Translations under genes and position numbers: made by a program | Notes under the pieces: generated by a model | Databases searched by the model: none | What the model was told of the DNA's origin: nothing | What the model saw: only the letters and a program-made list of their open reading frames with translations | From: Chlorokybus atmophyticus | Taxonomy: Eukaryota; Plantae; Mesostigma and Chlorokybus algae | Assembly (NCBI GenBank): GCA_009103225.1 | Contig: RHPI01002402.1 | Coordinates: forward strand, 1 to 64,000 | DNA length: 64,000 bases | Direction of reading: 5' to 3' | Part shown: in pieces, positions 10,801 through 21,442 of the stretch | Layout of the letters: each line of letters begins with the position of its first letter | How positions within the stretch are numbered: position 1 is the stretch's first letter

Positions 10801-12228
10801 GCGTGTGTGCCGCTACGTGCGTGTCTTTGTCCAACATGTGTGCAGCTGGTGCGTGCTTGCGGTGGTCTTGAGGTCTGCACCAGCCGTGCACGTGTATGCT
10901 TGTGCCGCATGTGTGCCATTTGTTGCTATGAGTAGCGCGCTGGCGTGCAGCTGCTAGCAGCCAGCCGTACTGTGTGTATAGTGAATCAAGTAGTAGCTGT
11001 CAATGGCCGCAAGAGCTGAGCCTGCAGCTGAGGCCATCATGTCAGCAGTGTGTGCAGTGCATGCGCCTGCCGCGCACCCAAGTTATGTGCCATCTCAACA
11101 TACCGTGCTGCGTGCAGGCAGCAGCGTGGTCGCTCTGCTGGCGGGGGTCAGCAAGGGGAAGGCAAGGGTGCAACTTGGCGACAAGACGCCCACTACGCTG
11201 AGGAGGGTCCATCATGTTGGTGGCCTGCGCCTCCCAACCGTGGCCGTGGCCAGTCGCGTGGACGCGGACGCGGACGCGGACAACATGGGGATGGCGCCCA
11301 GCAGTATCTTTCATGCCCGTACTACCCTCCTTATGGCCCATGGTCAGCACCACCAGCAGCATGGGGAGGTCCACCTCCACCATGAGTAAAGACAGAAGAA
11401 CATCGTGCCCTGCCAGCTCCGCAATAAGCAATAGCGCGGGGCAGTAGCATGCGCAGTCTTTGTACGTGCGCGTTTTTTTTTTGTTTTTTTTTTTGGGGGG
11501 GGGAAGTGTACATTGTTATGTATATATTATATCATAGCGTATGCTGAGAAGCGTACACGCGTGTGACCCTACTGTAGATGACATACACTTTGCGCTGGGC
11601 ACTAGCATAGCGCTATCACCCAAGTGTAATACATGGCACTGTAACCTGACAGTGTGCTAAGCCAGTGTTGTGCTAGTAGGATACTTGATGCCAGCCATGG
11701 CCAAGACCATGACGAGCTTGTGGCACACGCAATGACCATGCCAGCTCCTTTAAGCCCGGTGCTGCTATTGTCGATCAATCATGACTTGCAGCAGGCTTCA
11801 AAGCAACGTACGGCCATTGACATGCGGCCATGTGATGCGCACGACAACAACCCGCCATGTGTAAAGGCGGCTACTGTACTTAAACGCCCATTGAGCGCCA
11901 CAGTGTCGAGCGTTGCCTCGAAGGCTTTAACCGAGCAACTCATCCATTGCGACAAGCATGCCGCGCCTGCCGAAGTGCCTCTATCCACAAGTCTTGAAGT
12001 TCCCAACTTGCTGGATGCTTTGATACAGCAACTATTGCAGCAACGCATGCACATGCCAGCAACACCACCCGCAGAGCTGGCGGAGCCGCCACCTGCCAAT
12101 ATAGAGATGTTGTGCTCAGATGTAGAGCAAGAGCACTTGATGCGCGAACTCTGGCGTGAGCTTAGCATGCTGCAAACTGAGCCTGTGGATGAGCACCCGA
12201 GTGTGATGAGCACCAGTGGCAACACGTT

Positions 12229-14304
12229 GTGCGTTTGGCAACTCTAAATAGCGCTCACTTTGTAGCTGCTACACCTTATCAGCGGCAAGCAGCGTGGCGC
12301 ACGTGGTTGACCATTACTGGGCAAGATAACAAGCGTCATGTGCTACGCTGGTTGAGCCAAGGATACAAGAATTGGGGGGGCACGTTAGAAACCCAGCCAA
12401 AGAAGTTGGAAGAGGTGAAGTAGATGTTGCTGCAGAAAGATTGCATTCCTGATTATGTTGAGACAGTAATGCAAAGGGAAGCTCCAACTTTAATCAGATT
12501 GCGCAACAGGCAATCAGCTACACAACAGCGAGCATTTGTGCTCGACGAGTTGAATAATCTGATGCGCTCAGGTGCAATTTTTCCTGTACATCCTTCAGAT
12601 GTGAAGATGATTATAGGAATTGGAGTGGTTAAGAATGATAGCAGCAAGCTCCGCCTCATCGTGGACCTGAGATACATGAATGCCTTTCTGGCACATATCC
12701 GCTCTACTTATCAGCATTTGGAGGATGCGTTGTATACAAGCAAAGGCTATTATCAAGTGACAGCGGACTTGAAATTAGGCTATCATCATGTGCCAATATA
12801 TGCGGACAGCAAGCCCTACTTGGCAATGGAATTTGAAGAAGTTGTATACCGCTGAAATGTGCTGCCATTTGGCCTGAATCAAGCCTGTTGGCTGTTTACA
12901 GCGTTAATGTCCATAATCTTCACACCCTTGCGCAAGCTGGGCATAGGCTGCTTGTCATACATTGATGACATGCACCTCAACCATGTCAACCGCCGACATA
13001 TGTGCTGGCGCATCCTGCGGTTGTTGCGGCTTTTAGAATTACTAGGCATGTTCGTCACCCTGAAGAAGTGCGTGCTTTGGCCGCAATTGTGTGTCAAGCT
13101 ATTGGGCCTGCTCTTAGACACCGAGCGTGGTGTGTTCTGCATACCCCCTAACAAGCTACAGAAGTTACTGGAGCTGATTCGCAAGTTAATAAACTCGGAC
13201 GTGATGACCAAGCGCATGTTGGCAAAGGTGGCAGGACAATTAGTAGCAACGAAATTGGCTTTGGCTCCCGCTTACCTGTATGCCCGCTGGCTGCTACAGC
13301 TAACCACCGATCAGAGTGATTGGGATGAGAACTTTACACCACCACCGTTGTTGGTGGACTTCTTGCTGTGGTTGCAGCGAAGCCTGCCGCAATATAATGG
13401 TTTCGCGTGCTGGAAGCCGCCACTTGCACATGAGTTGCGTGTTAATGCCTCTGGTACCATGGGTTGGGGTGCTACAGGCCCATGGGCGGCAATGGTGGGA
13501 CACTTTGCTCCTTGGCAACGAGGTCTGCCGTCCGCAGTGAAGGAGGCATTGGTGTATGTAGCTGCCTTTTTGGAGTTGGCACGACAGCAACTAGCGTTGC
13601 ATGATGCCATTGTGAGGATTGTTGGCGATTGTCAGCCCGCCGTGGCCATGCTGACGAAGCTGATAGCATCGCATCCAGCTGTGCAATTGGCATTACACCG
13701 CTTGTGGCAAGTACTTTGGGAACGAGACTTGGCCGTCTCCGTGGTGTGGGAGCCACGTGCACGCTTGGTAGCTGAAGATGCGGTGTCGAAGCTGCCAGAC
13801 AAAGGGGATTGGGCTTTGGCAGACATACCCACTGCGTGGATCCAGTCTCTATTTAGAAAACCTTGCCTGGATGTGTTTGCAGCGGACTGGAACGCCAAAT
13901 CTGCAGCATTCATGTCAGCTGTGCCAATGCCAGGGAAGCGTGGGCAATGCACTGACCTCTAATTGGAGGCAAGCCTGGCTAGAGGCTAGCAAGGGAATAT
14001 TATGGTTTCACCCTCCGTTCGCCCTCCTGCATCAAGCAGATGCATGATTGCAGCATTATCTTCTACAAGCTATTGTACTGTTGCCAGAATGGCACTTTTC
14101 TGCATGGCATAGCCAAAGCGAGATATGCGACATATGGGCAAGCACATGTACAGGGACTGGTTTGTAAAAGGCACCAGAGTGCCCGACAATACCATTAACC
14201 CGGGATCATACCCGTACATTGTGGCTTATGTCACATGGGAACCAGAGGTACATATCTGTTGTGTAAGTACAGCAGCATACTTTGCGCCTTTCCACAAACC
14301 CTGA
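12229..14304 (+). pseudogene. DIRS-type RT, RNase H and N6-adenine methyltransferase-like (MT) ORF, degenerate
   Basis: KLRLIVDLRYMN; ADLKLGYHHV; LPFGL; YIDD (12958-12969); RNase H ELRVNASG (D>N), KEAL, GDCQPAV, EDAVSK; MT LDVFA...WFHPPF (HPPF 14009-14020)...AIVLLPEW. Stops at 12421, 12853 and 14045, and a frameshift near 13935. Confidence 0.92.
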
Positions 14305-14889
14305 GCTTGAATGTCTTCCAGGGACACACCCGTACGTAGCGCATGCTGCGCACCACCCCGGCGGAATGAGTGTGGCCCAAGGTGAGGGCGATAGATTCCG
14401 CTTCTTTGACAATGCTTGATGAATGCGTGATATGCGCAATCACCGCTGATGCTGCGCTCCTCTCAGTGTTTTTGTTGCGGGCTAACAGGCGAAAGATGGG
14501 GCCTTTTGGAATGCTGAAGGGGCTCTCATCTACATGGCTCAAGTACCGCTCCAGCACCTCGCAGAACTCCACACCTATGTCGCTCTTACGAACCTTGATG
14601 GCTGGTACCCACCATGTACTATAGTTCTTGAGATGAGTAGCCTGTGTACAGACTTCTGTGCCCTCCATCAGGATGTGTGCATCTACGCGGGCCCCTTCAC
14701 TCTTTGCCATGTGCACCACAAGTACATGCATAATGTGTAGTCACGCCAAAGCACTGCGCTTTCATAAGTAGCTCGCATTGGTCGAACACTCTGCCTCTGC
14801 TGCTGAAAGTAGCATACCAGTATGCTCATGTCTTCTTGAGCCAAAGGAATGGCAGACACAGGCTGCACGCCGGCCCGAGCTGTCACTTT
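14231..14889 (-). pseudogene. Tyrosine recombinase, catalytic (C-terminal) half
   Basis: AIPLAQEDM...WRDYTLCMYLWCTWQR (catalytic R); VHMAKSEG (K); PIFR; THS; MRYVR (Tyr at 14336-14338). Frameshift near 14700-14730. Confidence 0.75.
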
Positions 14890-16431
14890 GTCGCAAATTT
14901 TACACCCTGACTGACCAGGGACTAAAGGACTGTCGGGTGCCTGACCCAAACTGACCCTAACTGACCTATCGGATAGGTTCATGAAGGGACTTATAGGACG
15001 GCCGTTGCTACTAAGCAACATTCAATGACGGCCAGCCGCCAGCCGATAATTACTCACGACGATGGCCTGCCTGCAGTGGCAAGCACGTGACTATACCACG
15101 TGTTTACTGTAACGGCCGACCGCCAGTCGTCTATTGTGCGCGGCGGCAGCCTACCTGTTGCTTATCAATGATGGTAAGCAAGTGACCGGCCGTCCCTCGC
15201 CGCGTGTTTAATGTGACGGTCGACCGCCGGTCGTGCACTTAGCGCGGCGATAACCTGCCTGTTTCTTATCAATCATAATAAGCAAGTGACCGGCCGTCCC
15301 AGCTCGGCGGCGAGCAATGCCGGTATTACCTTTGAATCGGACGGTGACACAATGCGATTGGCGTACTGTTATGGTACGACGCTCGAATGTACCATTCAAA
15401 TGTGACTATAATAGTAAGATAGTTCCATTATCTGACACAATGGCATCGGCGTACCATTCTAATGGTACGCCGGTACCATCGTATCAACTCGTCTGAATCA
15501 CTTGGGCTGCCCCAAGTGATTCAAGCTCAACGGCTTCAAGTGGAGACTGTTCAACCAGTTGCTGGGCGGCGGCGGCGGTGGCGGTGGCGGCGGTGGCAAT
15601 GGCGAATAGTAAGCTTGTTTGCTATATGATGTGACGCTAAGTATGGGCAGTGGCGCATGCAACCTAACCGCCCTTCCTTGTTGCCTCAGGGCGGTCAGCT
15701 CAGGCCAGGCCAGGCCAGGCTAGGGCAGGCCAGGCCAGGCGCGGCGGCGGCGGCGGCGGTACATGGTAAGGGGCAGCATCTGAGTGCATATGTTGTATAT
15801 GTTGCTGTTGATGGCATTTGTTTGATTCAACAGCTTGCATGCTTTCCAGGAGCGGCGGAGGTGGCGCGCGGTGCAATGAGCGCAGGAGCGGCGACTTAGT
15901 CTACTAGTTTAAGGCCTTAGTATACTAGAGTGGTAGTAGCAGCTCAGTAGTGTACAATGTGGCATAGTGGTATGACTTGCAATGTCTTTTCTTTCACTTT
16001 CCAATTTATTTTTTTCTTAAACGCCGTCTTTCACAGTTGATGCGAGGTATTCAATGATGACTACACAGCAATGACAGGTACCTGTAGCGGTACCCTTCTG
16101 TAACGGCAAGTACCTTGAAGGTACCATAAGGTACCTGTCAATTACACTTACTTAGTGTACAGTCACCGGTACCTAACTGATAGGTACCGGTTAATTACCT
16201 ACTAGTTAGGTTAAGTCCCTTTTACCTGACTGATGGGTACCTTACAGGTACCCATCAGTCTAGGTCAGTTCCTTTATTAAGACGGCCGCCGACTGGTGGT
16301 GACGGTCGTTATACTCAGATCTCTGTATCGAGATTACAGGTGGACTGAGGTACGACAGTATAAATGAGTATCCTCAGGTGCACGGCCGTTGCCAATATTT
16401 AATCGGCCGGCAGGAGAAACATTCTGCGACG
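14890..16431. mobile_element. 1.54-kb non-coding insertion into the recombinase gene; short terminal inverted repeat (gtcgca/tgcgac), flanked by TTT on both sides
   Basis: Removing 14890-16434 restores the frame GYAK-VTARAGVQPVSAIPL. The insert contains a 104-bp direct repeat and several perfect hairpins. Confidence 0.8.
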
Positions 16432-17094
16432 TTTAGCGTAGCCAGCGCGATACTCACGCACGTTTACAGACTTGCAAGGGTTGCCAACTGGATGACTTGT
16501 GCTCCATGGGCCGATTCGGCCATGCCATTGGAACTCAGCGCTTAAGTGCATGATGGTCACCTTAACAGTGCTGCTGGATATCATAACTGCACCATGCTTA
16601 TCTTTACGCCGGGCTCTGCTGATATGTACGCCATTCCAATGCCTAGCGAGATAAGTTGTCACCACGGTGGGAGTAACGTCTTCCACAGCAACATGTAGAG
16701 CTTGCAGGTAGTGGATGAACTCCTGCCACACCAATTCTTAGCGAGCGCGCGTTTGCTCATCAGTGGCGGCAGCACTGATGCGCTCTACATCTGCCAAGGC
16801 GAGCATTGCGTTGTTGCATGCTGCGTTGTAGTAGGGACCCGTTGTTGATGTGCAATCGCTGTGTGCGCCGGTCTCAGCATTTGCTTGCAGCGAACGTGCA
16901 AAGTCCATATCTGCGCATGTGACTCCCTTGTAAATAGTTCGCTGCGCCATTGGTACGCATGTCGCAATACTGATGGCTTTTTGTGAAAAGTACATGTCAC
17001 TCTGAGCATCAATGCAATGTGTCAACAGACAGCTTGGGCATGTACAAATTTGACTGTTCTCTTCAAACAAGCAATGTTGTGTACTGATGTACAT
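16432..17094 (-). pseudogene. Tyrosine recombinase, N-terminal (core-binding) half
   Basis: AAATDEQTRAR*ELVWQEFIHYL...VTPTVVTTYLARHW...SSSTVKVTIMHLSAEF...GRIGPW...GNPCKSVNVREYRAGY is typical of algal DIRS recombinase N-termini. In-frame TAA at 16738-16740. Confidence 0.75.
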
Positions 17095-18358
17095 TGGGAG
17101 GGAGGGTAGCAGTCAATACAAACGCAGACGATTGCTACACCTATTACCACTCCTGTTATTGCAGAGGATAGATCGTAGTGTCATAATACATGCCCGACTT
17201 TACACACTAGTGTAAGATTATAATTAGCAATTGTTGTAATTTAAATCTTGCGTCGCGTGAGAGCTGATACACTGCCATACCCACATGTATTGTGCCTGCA
17301 TCGTGCATGGCATCCGGCATTGCAATCTTTGGCCACGCAAATCAGAAACCGAAACAAGGGCGAGCAGGGAGGTCTTGCTGAAGCACAGAAACTCAAAAAG
17401 CGCGCGAAAACAGCAGCAGCGAGAGACAACGTGCACAAACCAACTGCGCTTGGTTTTGGCGGTTTACTCACACCCCCGTGTGGCGCGCATTTCTGCTACT
17501 GGGCGGGCAGCACACCGTGGCACTGGGCAGGGGCGGCGGCGGCGGCAGCGGCAGCGGCGGGGTCGGTGGCGAGAGGATTATCGGTGCCGACTGGGCGCGT
17601 GGACTGATTATTATTGAGGGGAACATCAGCGGTCTGTTTGACTGCAGGGCTGAGACGCTGGTGGTTCCCGTCTACCGCCATGGCGGTAAGTCGAGCAACT
17701 GCTGCTGCTTCGGCTGCTGCGTTGTTGCCCGCCCAGGCTTATTTGAGAGCAGACTTAGCTTTCATGCGCATATGCTGGCGTGTATGTGTGTCACGTGCCT
17801 TCGCGATCTTTACGTTTGGAATGCCTCACACATGGCTTAGTGGATCCCCGGTGGGGTTGCTTGTATTCATCCATGCCGTTGCTCACGCGCTCGAACTGTG
17901 CTCACAATAAACACTTCTGTTATCTGCGGGCAAAGTTCCGATCAAAGTATCGCTGATGCTCACGCGGTCCCGTTTTTAGCGTCCTTTTCTTGCTCTTGGG
18001 GTTTCTTTTGTGCCTGTCTTCTTGCTTTGGGGTCACAATTGCTGCAGTAAGCATGGCATGTAGTTCTATATGGCTTTGGTGAGATGTGATAAGCAGCAAA
18101 ATGTCCGTGTTGGCCAGGGTTATGTAGCTCTGCAAAACAGCTAGCTTGAATCGCATTGAGGTGCAACCTGTCACAGTCGACTGACTCACTTTCCAGCAAG
18201 GGGTCGGCTGTGGCATGAGTTGATAACGTCACAAGCAGAAGATGTATTCAGTCGTTGCAGCACACACGCGCGCGCGTGCACACATGCCCTCACACGTACA
18301 AATTGAATGTACTACGGTGTGTAACGAACGAAGGAACTGTTGCGATATACCACTGTCA

Positions 18359-20703
18359 ATGTCGCAGGAAAGCGATGAAGTTGCCCACTTGCACGCTGCC
18401 CTTGAACAAAAGGTACAACAGGCCTGCGCATGAAGTGGTGACCCGCAACCAGTGTTGCTACAGCTTGCTGACATCATGCATGCCTGTGTCATCAGGAATA
18501 TGAGCTGCAGCTGGCATTGGAGCAGAAGAAGCTTGCAACAGCAGCTGCGGCGTCTGCTGGAACCAAACAAGTCAGTACATACCGAGGGCCTTATGTCCTG
18601 CAGCATGTGACATAAACCATTGCCATCGCTAAGTGACTTCCCAGCTTACTGTGTTCTGCTATAATCGCTATGCTTTAGGTGTCATCATCATCTGTCACCG
18701 CCATCGCACAACTGGAAGCCGAACTCCGGCTGGCCAAACAAGAGGCAAGCTTGTAGCCTGCAGCTTGCGTGTACATCACCTTGCGCGCAACAACATCACT
18801 TGCGTGTACACATCTTGACATGTATGACTTTATCTCTGGTGACAGGCGCAGGCGCTAATAAAGGATCGTGAGGCAGCAGAGAGGCAGCTCAAATCTGAAA
18901 GGCATGCGCATGCGAGCACGCTGAAGAAGCTCGAAGGGGCTGAGGCGCAAGCCCTCCAAATACAGACTCTTGAGAACACCGTGAAGAGCCTAAAGCAGCA
19001 GATGGAACAATATCAAGTAAGCTCATTCACATTGGGATGCTGTATCGCATGCAGTGGGCTGTGTGACAAGCACAACTTTGCACGTAATCCTCACGCAAGT
19101 AGGCAACATTGCGAGTACTCAGTTGTCTGTACTCATGCAATTTTTTTCTCATATTAGGAAGAAACCTCAACGCTGAAAAAGTTGCAAAGGCAGAAAACAG
19201 TCGCGATTGAAAAGCTGCAGGTAAGACTCGCGTGCAAGTGTGTTGTGCGTAGTAGCGTTTCCCTTGTCATCGCCTTCACCACTCTCGCTATGGCATCACA
19301 GCTTGTTTCAACAGGCCAAATTGGACGTGGCTCAAGACGCTGCAGCAGACGCCAGCAAGAAGAACAGTCTGGCGGACGCTCAGCGCCAGATACAGCAGCT
19401 GCAGCAGGAGAAGAGGTTGCTTGAGCAGGAGCTCAGCAAGCAGTCGGTCGTGGTCGCGCGCACAGCGGCTCAAAATGATGAGGAAGACGGCATGATACCT
19501 GTCAAGCAGTGGCTGGGAGAAAGAAGCCTCCTGCAGGTTAGTCGCGCACGCGTGCGTTGACATGCACAGGGCGCGAGCTGCATTCTGAATGTTACACTTG
19601 ACATTCCATGGCACAAACGCGGGGTCTGGCTTCTTCATCATTTTGCGTTGTGGTAGTGAGTGCGGTAGTGTGAGCGTATTGTAATGGGTGCTGTACAGGG
19701 CCAGGTCAAGGCTCTGAAGGAGAAGCTAGCCACAGCAGAAAGAGTAGTCAAGAGCGAGCAGCAAGTGAAGGTCAGTTGGCCACAGGTGTTATGTGCTTAG
19801 CTGAAATTTATTGTCGGCTCACGCGCATGTCTGCTCATTTCGTTTACAGGAGAAGCTTCGCCAGCGCATTGCTTTGTTAGAGCAGACGGTCAAAACCACC
19901 ACCTCAACGCCAAGCAGCCGCAGATCAAGCTTCAGCTCGCTGCCGCCTTCGCCAAGTCCAGCAAAGGGTACATTCCCCTCCAGCTGGCTCGCAATGAGCA
20001 CTTGAAACACAGTAGTTGTACACTGACTTGCAAGGTACTCAATCTGTTTGCAGGCTCGGCAACTGTGCAGCCCACAGCAGCGCCAGCAGGTTCAGAGGCT
20101 CAAGACCCAGCTGCAGCGATGGAACCTGTGCCAGGCGAGCATAACGCATGGTGTGCGTGTGTGAGACACTGTGCAGGTTTGTTGACCGATTTGTCAGACT
20201 TTCTATTGTCGTGTTCAGGCGCTCTGTTTGAAGCACTGCAGCGTGAAGTGCTGCTGTTGCGCAGTCAGATTGCGGAGACCACGAGTTTGCTGTCTGACAA
20301 GGACGCTTCCATTGAGGTTTGTGCTGCGGACTGTTGGATGGGTGATGGGGACTCTGCTCGTGCACATGCAGCAAGTTTTGGCAAATGGCCAACAGCATCA
20401 ACACGCTGCATTGCTATGCAGATGCTGGTGAAGAAGGCGGACACACTCGCGAAGGCCAAGGAGGCCGATGCAAAGAAATTGAAGCGTGAGATGGCGAGCG
20501 TGCAAAAGGATTTGGCAGCTGCTCGTCTCGGCGTCATAACAAAAGAGGAAGAGTGCAAGGTATGTGCCAATCGTGCATGTGGTGAATATGGTGCAGGCGT
20601 ATTGCACGCATGCATGTTTACCTGTGCTGCATCGCAGGAGAGGGAGCTGGCGCTGAAGCAAGATCTGTTCCAGTTGAAAAGGCGGTTACAGGGAAGCAAC
20701 TAA
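18359..20703 (+). CDS. MAP70: Microtubule-associated protein 70 (coiled coil), multi-exon
   Basis: Spliced peptides EETSTLKKLQRQKTVAIEKLQ, DGMIPVKQWLGERSLLQGQVKALKEKLATAERVVKSEQQVKEKLRQRIALLE and LFEALQREV...DKDASIEMLVKKADTLAKAKEADAKKLKREM match plant MAP70 conserved blocks. The start codon is less certain. Confidence 0.88.
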
Positions 20704-21442
20704 CCAAAGGCGTCAGCTGTGAGACAGGAGGTTGATATCAAGGGTTTATCTCATGTGGTCAACCGAGAAAGTTCCTTACCAACACAGGACACATATCGTG
20801 TCTGTATCTGTCAGAAAGTTCTTTATGCCAGATGCGGTAGCTTTGTGCTTGCACTCAACACAGGGCTGACGCGTAGTACATACAGCTGTAGGCGTGCGGT
20901 TTGTTGCAATGACAAGACGATTGGTCTGCAAGCATGTCGCTGTCAGTGTCGCCTAGGACTGTGACATACATGAATGCATTGACCTTGAACACGTGCACCA
21001 TGCAGCTCAATGGCTACTTGCTCTCTCTTACCTGTTGACCGACTAGGAACCAACCTTGCTAATTGAATTGTGTAGATAATTGGTGCGACATAATACTCAA
21101 CATGGCCTATTGTGACATCCTGCAGGGCACGCGCTTGCAATACCACTCATAAAACTATTGCGTCTTCCTTCCTTCGAGCAGATATGCCCTTAGTTCTGTT
21201 AAAAAGCATGCAACAAACGCTGATTGTGCAGTGCTCACAATGAGACACGCAGCTAGCTAAGGTTTCAACTTCAACATACATGTGCAGCATTTTGTAGTGC
21301 GGTGTCTGTGTTGCATTGCCTAGACTGCATGGACAACTTCATCAAACCCAATCAATACACTACGCGCGATTGGGTGACAACCTGCTGTTTACGACAACCA
21401 CTACACCTGTGTGCGTGCGCCTCACAGCCCCTCCAAGTCATG

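Larger units (their letters stand above)
11654..17094. mobile_element. Decayed DIRS-superfamily (PAT/kangaroo-like) tyrosine-recombinase retrotransposon; boundaries approximate
   Basis: DIRS-type RT-RNaseH-MT on + (12229-~14300) and tyrosine recombinase on - (17094-14231), convergent. No integrase or protease. Confidence 0.85.

Noticed and set aside
14890-16431. Insertion read as a spliceosomal intron of the recombinase or as an ordinary solo LTR
   Set aside because: There are no GT/GC...AG ends on the - strand at the frame-restoring junction, and the 4-5-bp flanks do not match. Solo LTR is disfavoured but not excluded.
17920-18232. Cys/His-containing short ORFs (CHAYCSNC) as a zinc finger
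   Set aside because: Ligand spacing does not fit a known finger and there is no supporting context.
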